DNA from: an uncultured Candidatus Saccharibacteria bacterium
GTDB taxonomy: Bacteria > Patescibacteriota > Dojkabacteria > SC72
DNA length: 64,000 nt
Direction: 5' to 3'
NCBI GenBank assembly: GCA_964621195.1
Contig: CAZULJ010000003.1
Location: 24,412-88,411 of the forward strand
The first letter of the stretch is position 1; each line of letters begins with the position of its first letter. A program made the position numbers and the translations under genes. This document shows positions 20,583 through 29,995 of this stretch, piece after piece. The notes below the pieces were generated by a model. It was not told where the DNA came from, made no database searches, and saw only the letters and a list, made by a program, of their open reading frames with translations.

Positions 20583-21521
20583 ATGATTACAGTAATAGTA
20601 ACCTCCTGGAAAGAACCTAAGACTATAGGAAAGTGTATAAAGTGTATTGCAGATAGTAGCTATTCTGGAATTACTGGTACTTTTGAAATATTACAAATCT
20701 CTCCAGACAAAGAGACTCTAGATGCAGGATTAAAAGCTGCAAATGAGCTAGGATTAAAGGGAAATCAGTATATACAGATTCAGGATCCACAAAAAGGAAA
20801 ACCATACGCTCTTAAACTCGCTATTGAGCAAGCACATGGAGATATCCTCATATTTACAGATGGAGATACATACTTCGAAAAAGACTCCGTAAAATATCTG
20901 TTGGAGCCATTCGAGGATACGAGTATAGGAGGTGTAAGTGGTCGACCAGTGTCTGGAGACTCCAAAACAAATATGATGGGATACTGGGGACATTTACTCT
21001 CTGATGCTGCACATCACAAAAGAATAAATACAATGTCAGAAAAGGTTGGAAATTATTACACTAGTAAGAAGCAATTCTTTCCTATGAGTGGGTATATAAT
21101 GGCAACAAGAAGATTCTCATTCCCTATCCCTCATAACGTACTTTCAGATGATGCATATATCTCATATTCAATAAGGAATGAGGGATTACAAATAGCATAT
21201 TCTCCACTCGCAAAGTGCTATGTTAAATATCCTACCAACCTAAAAGACTATTACAAACAGAAAGTAAGATCCCTTGGAGGATTTATACAACTGGAGAGAA
21301 TGGGTGTTTTTAAGAGAGATAGACAGAGTAGAAGTATACTAATTGAGATGAGATATATCTTTTTTGTACTGAGATATGCATCCGATCTAAGAGAATTGAT
21401 TTGGTCACTTTACCTATTTCCTGTAAGACTTCTTACTTGGGTAAAAATTTTCTGGGAGAGGACAATACTAGAGAAAGATATGCCCCAAAATGGTTGGGAG
21501 AGAATAGAGAGTACTAAATAA
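20583..21521 (+). CDS. Glycosyltransferase family 2
   Basis: GKPYAL, IFTDGD (DxD), SDDAY, QKVR (QxxRW-like), C-terminal hydrophobic segment. Confidence 0.85.
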   Translation: MITVIVTSWKEPKTIGKCIKCIADSSYSGITGTFEILQISPDKETLDAGLKAANELGLKGNQYIQIQDPQKGKPYALKLAIEQAHGDILIFTDGDTYFEKDSVKYLLEPFEDTSIGGVSGRPVSGDSKTNMMGYWGHLLSDAAHHKRINTMSEKVGNYYTSKKQFFPMSGYIMATRRFSFPIPHNVLSDDAYISYSIRNEGLQIAYSPLAKCYVKYPTNLKDYYKQKVRSLGGFIQLERMGVFKRDRQSRSILIEMRYIFFVLRYASDLRELIWSLYLFPVRLLTWVKIFWERTILEKDMPQNGWERIESTK

Positions 21522-21547
21522 AAAAGGAAGGGTTTCCCCTTCCCTTT
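21520..21547. terminator. Bidirectional terminator between convergent GT2 gene and rpsG
   Basis: A run, GGAAGGG-TTTC-CCCTTCC, then CTTT. Confidence 0.75.
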
Positions 21548-21568
21548 CAAAAGCAATAATAGATGAAA

Positions 21569-22036
21569 TTACCATCTGAAATGTGCGAAAGCCTTGTTAG
21601 CCTCTGCCATTCTTTCAACATCACCCTTCTTCTTAACTGCATCTCCCTCACCATTAAAAGCACTTAAAATCTCTGCTTCAAGTAATTTCTCGAAAGACTT
21701 TCCTGTCTTAGATCTAGCATAGTCTACTAACCATCTTACTGCCAAAGTCTCCTGCCTTCTTGGACTTACTGGGACTGGAACTTGATAATTAGCACCACCT
21801 ACTCTTCTTGATTTGATTTCTAGTGCAGGTCTTACATTGTCAATTGCTGCATGTAAAAACTCAATTACTGGAGTTTTGCTCTTGTCTGCACCGGACTCAA
21901 TAGCGGAGTATACAAGATCTTCAGCTAAAGATTTCTTACCATCCTGCATTACTTTGTTAATAAGTCTACCAATGACCTCGTCATTGTATTTTCTATCTTT
22001 TGCTATTACTCTTTTCTTTGCTCTCTTGCCTCTCAT
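21569..22036 (-). CDS. rpsG: 30S ribosomal protein uS7
   Basis: DGKKSLAE, SRRVGGANYQVP, MAEANKAFAHFRW. Confidence 0.99.
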   Translation of the reverse strand: MRGKRAKKRVIAKDRKYNDEVIGRLINKVMQDGKKSLAEDLVYSAIESGADKSKTPVIEFLHAAIDNVRPALEIKSRRVGGANYQVPVPVSPRRQETLAVRWLVDYARSKTGKSFEKLLEAEILSAFNGEGDAVKKKGDVERMAEANKAFAHFRW

Positions 22037-22057
22037 TAAATATATTTTTAAATATTA

Positions 22058-22474
22058 TTATTCGTTTTCAGGTCTCTTAACACCGTACTTTGATCTAGCC
22101 TTCTGCCTTCCTTTTACACCTGCAGTATCATACTTACCTCTAACTACAATATATTTTACACCTGGGAGGTCTCTCTTTCTTCCCGCCTTAACAAGAACAA
22201 CCGAGTGCTCCTGAAGGTTATGACCCTCTCCTGGGATATATGCAGTAACCTCCATACCGTTTGATAACCTTACTCTTGTCACTTTGCGTAATGCTGAGTT
22301 TGGCTTCTTAGGAGTCATAGTTTTAACTTGCAAACATACACCTCTTTTAAAAGGATTGTTTGCTTTCTTATATCTATTCTTAAGAGGATTGAAGTTTGTA
22401 GCCAAAGCTATATGCTTTGTTTTACTTCTCTTCGATTCTCTTGGTTTTCTTACTAACTGGTTAATCGTTGGCAT
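22058..22474 (-). CDS. rpsL: 30S ribosomal protein uS12
   Basis: [32 protein letters not shown]. Confidence 0.99.
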   Translation of the reverse strand: MPTINQLVRKPRESKRSKTKHIALATNFNPLKNRYKKANNPFKRGVCLQVKTMTPKKPNSALRKVTRVRLSNGMEVTAYIPGEGHNLQEHSVVLVKAGRKRDLPGVKYIVVRGKYDTAGVKGRQKARSKYGVKRPENE

Positions 22475-22499
22475 GGTTCGTATTATACAACAAAATCAA

Positions 22500-25400
22500 C
22501 TAAAATTTAATCTCTTCTAGATTTTTTATATCTTCTACCTTAGCATCTTCTCCAGAAGGGATTCTCCTACCGATAATTACATTCTCTTTCATACCTCTTA
22601 GATAATCGGTCTTACCTAGGATTGCACTATTTGTTAATACTCTTACCTGCTCTTGGAATGACATAGCAGAAAGGAAACTCTCAGTATGTAGTGCTGAAGC
22701 TTTAATACCTAAAAGCTTAGGAACAACAAGTGCTTTTCTCTTCCCTTCTGAAAGCAGTATTTCATTCTTAGTTAAAGATATAAATCTGTTAACAAGAGAA
22801 CCAACAAGATATTCACTGTCACCAGTTTCCAAGACTTTTCCAAGTCTAGCCATTTGTCTAATGATGACTTCTACATGAATATCTCCAATTGGAACACCCT
22901 GTTCGTTAAACACTTTCTGGACCTGATCAAGAATATATTTCTGAGCTCTAAGGATACCTGCTACGTCTGCAAGCTTCTTTGGATCTACAGAACCTTCTGT
23001 TATTTGGTCTCCTGCTTTAATCTCATCTCCGTCGTTTATTAATATGTTTACGTTTGGTAATACAGTTATGATCTCCTCTGCTTTAATATCTCCGGAGAGT
23101 GTTAATATTCCACCCTCGATCTTTACTGTTCCCTCGTAAGGAGCCTGCTTCTCAATCTCTTCCGAATCGATGAAAATTGCCTGGCCACCTTTGACCTCTG
23201 CACCATCTGATACTAAAACTTTCTTTGCGTCAGAGATAACGTAATCTCTTACAATATTTTTCTTTCCTACAATAGTAATAGTTGCGGATTCATCTTCAGC
23301 TCTATCAATATGTACCTTTCCATTTATAGAAGCAATCTCTGCTTCAGCCTTAGGAGATCTAGCTTCGAATAATTCTTCGATTCTAGGTAATCCTTGAGTA
23401 ATGTCAGTTGCCTGTACACCACCCTTATGGAAAGTCTGCATAGTCATTTGGGTTCCTGGCTCACCGATAGATTGTGCTGCGATCACACCAACAGCTTTAC
23501 CCATATCTATTTCTTTGCCATTCTCAAGATTGAGACCGTAACATCTCTTACAAATACCCATAGGAGCTTTACAAAGAATTGGTGTTCTTACTGCTACCTC
23601 ATCGATACCCCCTGAATCAATCTTTTCAGATATTTCTCTTGTAATATATTCTCCTTTTTTGACAATCACTTCACCCTTAGAATCTACTACATCTTTTGCA
23701 GCAACTCTTCCAAAGATTCTCTTGTCATATTCTAATCTTCTGTCATCACTTCTTTTAACCAAAAGTCCTTCTCCATCATAACCACAATCCTCAAATCTTA
23801 CGATTACGTCATGAGCTACATCTACAAGTTTTCTTGTTAGATATCCTGAAGAAGAAGTTCTTAATGATCTGTCTGCAATACCTTTTCTACCACCATTTGC
23901 AGCAACAAAGTACTCAAATGCACTTAAACCATCGCGGTAGTTACCTTTGATAGGTAGTGGTACCCAGTTTCCTCTAGAGTCTCTAACAACCCCCTTTATT
24001 GTGAGTACTTGTCTTGCCTGAATCTTTCCACCATTAGCTTTGGATTCTACCATTTCATATACAGAGTTGTTCTTGTCTAATGTCTTCCATGCTTCATCTG
24101 CAATTTCATTTGCGAAATCATTCCACATCTCTGTTGAAAGATTTATCTTCTCTTTTTCAGTGATTAGACCTTGTAAGTAGTTCTCCTGTAATTGAAGATC
24201 TTTCTCTTCCATACCTTTGATTCCTGTCTCTACATCGAAATCTATATGACAATCTTCAATTGCGAATGAAAAACCGAGATCTGTAGCATAGTTGAAACCC
24301 ATTAACTTTAGGTTATCCAAAAGTTCTACTACAACCTCTAGTGGATATTTATCTTTAATATCTTCTACGATATCAGAGATGGTACTTCCACTTACCCTCT
24401 CATTTACAAATCGATATCCTTGTGGAAGAGCTCTATTAAAGATACATCTTCCTGCAGAAGTCTTTACAACCTCTCCATTTATACTTACAAGTATCATTTC
24501 ATCAATGAGAATTAAATCTCTCTCATATGCTTTTACTGCAAGATCTGCAGATGCAAACATTCTTGGATTCTCTACTTCATTCATATCAGTCATTAGATAG
24601 AATCCGATTAACATATCCTTTGCAGGAGTTGCTAATACTTGTCCGTTTGAGATATTTACAATATTCTTTGAAGCCATAATATCTTTCTTTGCCTCTTCTA
24701 ATGCTTCTTTTGTAAGAAGTAGGTGCACAGACATCTGGTCTCCATCGAAGTCTGCATTGAATGCCTTACATACAAGAGGATGCAATCTAATAGCCTCACC
24801 CTCTACAAGTCTTGGATAGAATCCTTGGATACTGTACTTGTGCAATGTTGGTGCACGGTTTAGAAGAACAGGCTTACCATATATAACTTTCTCTAAGAGA
24901 TCCCATATAACTTCTTCCTCTTCCTCTATCATATCTTTTGCAATTCTTACATTTGGAGCGATTTCGTTCTCTAGTAACTGGTTGATTACAAAAGGCTTAA
25001 ACATTTCCAATGCGATAGATTTTGGTAAACCACACTGATCAAGTTTTAGACTTGGGTCACCTACAATAACTGCACGACCAGAGTAGTCAACACGCTTACC
25101 TAATAGGTTCTTTCTGAATATACCTTTCTTACCTCTTAGGTCATCTGTTAAAGACTGATAAGGTAATCTCTTGTTGTTCATCATTGGCTTTGAAGGTCTG
25201 TGAGAGTTATCAATAACTGCATCTACAGACTCCTGAAGCATTCTCTTCTCATTTCTTAGGATGACATCCGGTGCTCCAATTTCTATTAATCTTGCTAAAC
25301 GGTTATTTCTATTAATAATTCTTCTATACAAATCGTTTAGATCAGATGTTGCAAACTTACCTCCCGATAGAGGGATTATTGGTCTCAAATCTGGAGGAAG

Positions 25401-26381
25401 AACTGGAAGAATATCAATTACCATCCAGCTAGGATCAATTCCGTTCTTTTTGAATCCTTCTAGATACTGTATTCTTCTTATTGTTGCAGCCTTCTTATCA
25501 CCCTTCTCTTTCTTTGCCTGTCTTCTTAATGTCTTTAATTCTTTCTCAATATCTAAATTCTCTAGAAGTTTCTTAACAGCTTCCGCACCCATCATTGCAT
25601 TGAAGAAAAGAAGATCTCTGTCTTGTAAGTCTATATATTCATCTTCTGTTAGGACAGATCCTATTTCAACCTTTTCTACAACTTGTTGTAATCTTGCATA
25701 GAAGGAATCTAACTCTTCTTGTCTCTCTGCGTATTCTCTCCTTGTCTTTGCTAATGTTTGCTTCTTCTTGTGATCAAGCTGGCTTACTTTAAAGTCAGAT
25801 GATTCTTTCTGCTTCTTTAGATCCTTAAGATCTTTATCAAACATATCACTTGTTATCTTTAACTCCTCATCCAATTCTGCTTGTAGACTATCAATATCCG
25901 CTTTCCTTAACTCTTCTACCTTAGAAAGGATATCTTTTCTCTTCTCAGCATCTAACTCTACAACCATATATCTTGTGTAATATATGACGGAAAGAAGCTT
26001 CTTGTGAGACATATTGAGAACAATAGACATTTTGTTTGGAATTCCATATGCAAACCATACGTGTGCAACAGGTACTGCCAACTTAATATGCCCCATTCTT
26101 TCTCTTCTTACATCCTTTGTTGTGACTTCTACACCACACTTATCACAAACAATACCCTTATACCTTATCTTCTTGTACTTACCACAGTAACATTCGTAGT
26201 TTTTAGTTGGACCAAAGATCTTCTCACAGAAAAGACCATCTGGCTCCGCCCTAAATGTTCTATAGTTAATGGTTTCAGCTTTTGTGACTTCACCATATGA
26301 CCAATCTAAGACTTGCTCAGGAGAAGCCAATGTCAATTTTAGAGCATCAAAATTTTCAAAAATATTTTTCTTGTTATTCAT
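22500..26381 (-). CDS. rpoC: RNA polymerase beta' subunit
   Basis: ETINYRT, zinc-finger cysteines, NADFDGDQM, SIGEPGTQ. Confidence 0.99.
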   Translation of the reverse strand: MNNKKNIFENFDALKLTLASPEQVLDWSYGEVTKAETINYRTFRAEPDGLFCEKIFGPTKNYECYCGKYKKIRYKGIVCDKCGVEVTTKDVRRERMGHIKLAVPVAHVWFAYGIPNKMSIVLNMSHKKLLSVIYYTRYMVVELDAEKRKDILSKVEELRKADIDSLQAELDEELKITSDMFDKDLKDLKKQKESSDFKVSQLDHKKKQTLAKTRREYAERQEELDSFYARLQQVVEKVEIGSVLTEDEYIDLQDRDLLFFNAMMGAEAVKKLLENLDIEKELKTLRRQAKKEKGDKKAATIRRIQYLEGFKKNGIDPSWMVIDILPVLPPDLRPIIPLSGGKFATSDLNDLYRRIINRNNRLARLIEIGAPDVILRNEKRMLQESVDAVIDNSHRPSKPMMNNKRLPYQSLTDDLRGKKGIFRKNLLGKRVDYSGRAVIVGDPSLKLDQCGLPKSIALEMFKPFVINQLLENEIAPNVRIAKDMIEEEEEVIWDLLEKVIYGKPVLLNRAPTLHKYSIQGFYPRLVEGEAIRLHPLVCKAFNADFDGDQMSVHLLLTKEALEEAKKDIMASKNIVNISNGQVLATPAKDMLIGFYLMTDMNEVENPRMFASADLAVKAYERDLILIDEMILVSINGEVVKTSAGRCIFNRALPQGYRFVNERVSGSTISDIVEDIKDKYPLEVVVELLDNLKLMGFNYATDLGFSFAIEDCHIDFDVETGIKGMEEKDLQLQENYLQGLITEKEKINLSTEMWNDFANEIADEAWKTLDKNNSVYEMVESKANGGKIQARQVLTIKGVVRDSRGNWVPLPIKGNYRDGLSAFEYFVAANGGRKGIADRSLRTSSSGYLTRKLVDVAHDVIVRFEDCGYDGEGLLVKRSDDRRLEYDKRIFGRVAAKDVVDSKGEVIVKKGEYITREISEKIDSGGIDEVAVRTPILCKAPMGICKRCYGLNLENGKEIDMGKAVGVIAAQSIGEPGTQMTMQTFHKGGVQATDITQGLPRIEELFEARSPKAEAEIASINGKVHIDRAEDESATITIVGKKNIVRDYVISDAKKVLVSDGAEVKGGQAIFIDSEEIEKQAPYEGTVKIEGGILTLSGDIKAEEIITVLPNVNILINDGDEIKAGDQITEGSVDPKKLADVAGILRAQKYILDQVQKVFNEQGVPIGDIHVEVIIRQMARLGKVLETGDSEYLVGSLVNRFISLTKNEILLSEGKRKALVVPKLLGIKASALHTESFLSAMSFQEQVRVLTNSAILGKTDYLRGMKENVIIGRRIPSGEDAKVEDIKNLEEIKF

Positions 26382-29300
26382 TATTCTACGACCTCCTCTG
26401 AGTTCTTAGAAATTAATTCCATATTTAGACATAGTGCATTTAATTCCTTTATCAATACCTTAAATGATTCCGGAACATTTACACTCTCGATCTTTTCCCC
26501 ATGAATGATTGCCTTGTAAGCACTAGATCTACCCTTTACATCATCAGACTTGATAGTTAGCATCTCTTGTAGAGCATATGGAGAGCCGTGAGCCTCAAGC
26601 GCCCAGACTTCCATTTCTCCAAATCTCTGACCACCTCTTTGAGCTTTACCACCCAAAGGTTGCTGTGTAACAGCGGTGTATGGTCCAGTAGATCTTGCGT
26701 GTACCTTTTCATCTGCAATGTGATGAAGCTTAAGAACATACTTAATACCAACTGTAACCTTACGTGGGAACTTCTTACCAGTTCTTCCATCGTAAAGATC
26801 AACTTTCTGCTCCATCTTGAAACCTTTCTTTTCCATCTCCCTTTGTAACCATTCAATATTTATTCCTTCAAAGAGAGGGAATGAGAATTTCTCATTTAAT
26901 AGTTTTGCATACAATCCGAAGTGAACCTCTTCTGCCTGACCCATGTTCATACGTTTTAGGAATGTTGGGGTAAGAACTATATCTACTGGTTCCCCATCAG
27001 CAGTAAAAGGCATATCTTCGATAGGTCTAATAGCTGCAACGGTATTTTTGTCTCCGTGTCTTCCAGATATTTTATCTCCATATCCGAGTTTCTTTGTGTC
27101 TGCAACCCAAACTTTAACCTCTTCTAATACTCCAGGAGGTAATTTGTCTCCCTTGTCTGTAGAAAGTCTTTGAGTATGGATAACTATACCCTCCTCACCG
27201 TGTGGCAATCTTAGAGAGTTATCTCTAACATCACTAGCAGATTCTCCAAAGATTGCTCTTAGAAGTCTCTCTTCAGCAGTTAATTCTTTCTCTCCACGAG
27301 GAGCAATTACACCGACAAGAATATCTCCAGCCTTTACTTTCATTCCTTCACGGATGATTCCAAGCATATCTAATTTTTGTAAAATCCTATCATTAACATG
27401 TGGAATATCGGCAGTTATAACCTCAGGGCCAAGCTCAGTATCTCTTACCTCAACCTTGTGCTCTCTGATATGAACAGAGGTTAAAAGGTCGTCTCTTACA
27501 ACTCTCTCGGAAATAACTACAGCATCCTCATAGTTGTATCCCTCATAGAACATTAATGCGGCTCTTAAGTTTGTACCAATTGCTAACTCACCATTGATAG
27601 AGGTAGGACCATCTACCAATACATCTCCCTTCACAAATTTCTGACCTAACTCTACAGCAGGTTTTTGTGTGAATGATGTATTATCATTTGATCTATAGAA
27701 GCTTACCAATTTGTAATCTTTAATTCCTGCTTTTTTGTATTTAACAGAAACTCTACCTGCATCAACAAATACAACTTCACCATCATCTTCAGCAAAGACA
27801 CTCCAGTTTGATTGTCTTGCAACAATTTCCTCTACACCAGTTCCAACTAAAGGAGCCTCTTGCTTTACCAAAGGAACACCCTGTCTCTGCATATTTGCAC
27901 CTGCGAGGGCTCTCATTGCGTCATCATGAGAAACAAAAGGAATTAAAGCCATACCTAAACCAGCTTGCTGATATGTCAACACATCTACATGTGTTACAAG
28001 ATTTACATCTTCTAAAACAAAATCTCCTACGTGCCTAACTGGTACCAAAGTTTCTGTAATATTGTTGTACTCATCTGTTTGGATAGAGGATATACTTATA
28101 TATTTATCTTCCTCCTCCAATGAGTCGTAGTAATCTATCTCCTCTGAAATAAATGGTACAACCTTTACCGTTTTAATATTTTCCTGAGCGACGATCTTCT
28201 CTGCAATCTCCTTTGTAACCATTGTTCCTTTCTTTGCAATACCTGGAATAGATTCGTCAAGGATTCTATTTAAAAGGTTGCCTTTTTTGTTTTCTAATTC
28301 TCTCAATACCTTTCTGTAAGGAGATTCCAAGAAACCGTAGTCATTTATTCTTGCTAATATTGCCAATTGAGTAACAACACCAATATTTGCACTCTCAGGA
28401 CTAGTAACAGGGTCAAACTTCGCATACTGTGAGTTATGTACCTCACGGATTGAGAAGGTCGCCCTCTCTTTAACAATACCTCCAGGACCAGCAGCAGTTA
28501 CCTTCCTCTTGTTTTCTAACTCAGCCAAAATATTTGTCTGATCCATAAAGGTTGATAACTGATTCGCGCCAAAGAAAGATTGAATTGAAGCAGCAATTGG
28601 CTTTGTACCGACCAACATTGAAGGTGTAACCTTCGCATCTTGTCCGTACAAACTCATCTTGTCTTTAATATTCTTTTCTAATCTCCTAATACCTGCAAGT
28701 AGCTGTCTTTCCAATACTTCACCAACACTTCTAATTCTTCTATTACATAAGTGATCAATATCGTCAGGAGCTTCAGTTCCGTTATTTATCTTGATTAGCT
28801 TCTTTACTATCCTAATTACATCATCAGGATACAAAACAGCCTCATCAGGATTGTTTACATCATATGAGGTTCCAAGTTTTCTGTTTAATTGATATCTACC
28901 AATCTTTCCTAAATCAAATTTTCTCTTACTAAAGAAGTTACTCTTGATATATTTTTCAGCACTTTCTAAAGTTACAGACTCATCAGGTCTAAGCTTGTTG
29001 TAGATACTAATAATTGCATCCTCTTTACTCTTAGTGAAATCTCTAGCGAGTGTTGCCTCTATATATCTGTATTCATCATTTATATCGACATCCTTGAACA
29101 ACTTCAAAATCTCTTCATCACTCTCATATCCCAATACTCTCAAGAATTCAGTAATTAAAACTCTTGGTCTCTTTGGTAATATTCTCATAGAGATAACATT
29201 GTATTTGTTAACCTCTATCTCATACCAAGGACCTCTACCAGGCATAAGTCTAGCTTTATATAGAGTTCTGTAAGGTAACACATCTGCCTCTTCAAAAAGA

Positions 29301-29728
29301 ACACCCTCTGCTCTAACAATTTGATGAGTCACAACCCTTCTAACACCATTAACAACAAAAGCCCCATCATCAGTCATCATGGGTAAGTCAGCAACAAAAA
29401 TCTCTTGCTCTTTTATTTCACCAGTCTTGTTGTTAAGAAGTTGTACAGTAGCATAAACGGGGAGTTCATATGAGAGACCTTTTGCAATAGCCTCCTCTAT
29501 TCCTCTATATGGCTCTCCATATCTAAATGATTTAAATTCAAGAGTCCACATTCGTTCCATAGTATCCTTAACAGGATTTATTTCCTCGAATAGTCTCTTG
29601 AACCCATTTTCATAAAAATCTTTAAAGGAGGTCTTTTGAGCTTCTATCAGACTAGGAATCTCAAATGTGGAAGAGAATCCTTTTCCTAGGTTAATTCTGG
29701 AAGCTCTATTGCGCTTGGGCTCTACCAT
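26381..29728 (-). CDS. rpoB: RNA polymerase beta subunit
   Basis: GANMQRQ, GYNYEDA, GDKISGRHG, GQRFGEMEVWALEA. Confidence 0.99.
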   Translation of the reverse strand: MVEPKRNRASRINLGKGFSSTFEIPSLIEAQKTSFKDFYENGFKRLFEEINPVKDTMERMWTLEFKSFRYGEPYRGIEEAIAKGLSYELPVYATVQLLNNKTGEIKEQEIFVADLPMMTDDGAFVVNGVRRVVTHQIVRAEGVLFEEADVLPYRTLYKARLMPGRGPWYEIEVNKYNVISMRILPKRPRVLITEFLRVLGYESDEEILKLFKDVDINDEYRYIEATLARDFTKSKEDAIISIYNKLRPDESVTLESAEKYIKSNFFSKRKFDLGKIGRYQLNRKLGTSYDVNNPDEAVLYPDDVIRIVKKLIKINNGTEAPDDIDHLCNRRIRSVGEVLERQLLAGIRRLEKNIKDKMSLYGQDAKVTPSMLVGTKPIAASIQSFFGANQLSTFMDQTNILAELENKRKVTAAGPGGIVKERATFSIREVHNSQYAKFDPVTSPESANIGVVTQLAILARINDYGFLESPYRKVLRELENKKGNLLNRILDESIPGIAKKGTMVTKEIAEKIVAQENIKTVKVVPFISEEIDYYDSLEEEDKYISISSIQTDEYNNITETLVPVRHVGDFVLEDVNLVTHVDVLTYQQAGLGMALIPFVSHDDAMRALAGANMQRQGVPLVKQEAPLVGTGVEEIVARQSNWSVFAEDDGEVVFVDAGRVSVKYKKAGIKDYKLVSFYRSNDNTSFTQKPAVELGQKFVKGDVLVDGPTSINGELAIGTNLRAALMFYEGYNYEDAVVISERVVRDDLLTSVHIREHKVEVRDTELGPEVITADIPHVNDRILQKLDMLGIIREGMKVKAGDILVGVIAPRGEKELTAEERLLRAIFGESASDVRDNSLRLPHGEEGIVIHTQRLSTDKGDKLPPGVLEEVKVWVADTKKLGYGDKISGRHGDKNTVAAIRPIEDMPFTADGEPVDIVLTPTFLKRMNMGQAEEVHFGLYAKLLNEKFSFPLFEGINIEWLQREMEKKGFKMEQKVDLYDGRTGKKFPRKVTVGIKYVLKLHHIADEKVHARSTGPYTAVTQQPLGGKAQRGGQRFGEMEVWALEAHGSPYALQEMLTIKSDDVKGRSSAYKAIIHGEKIESVNVPESFKVLIKELNALCLNMELISKNSEEVVE

Positions 29729-29856
29729 AGGACAATTATTTATAGGTTATAAATTACATGCATGCACACAAAGGGGATACAGAAACCATACTAGAAATGG
29801 TTTATAAGAATTGAAAATAACCCCTTTAATTAAAGCAAAATTAGGTAACTCTGGGG

Positions 29857-29885
29857 AGTTTAGCATATTTATACAATATAGTCAA
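29857..29885 (-). promoter_or_regulatory. Sigma70 promoter of rpoBC
   Basis: Minus strand TTGACT-N17-TAAACT with TG extension; implies a ~120-nt 5' UTR. Confidence 0.7.
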
Positions 29886-29995
29886 AGGTTTTTTAACGCT
29901 TTGCATTGTGTGTATACTAAGGATAATATATTATTGGATAAACTTTGTCAAAAAGGATATATTCCTCTATTATATATATATAACCCAAAGCAAAA

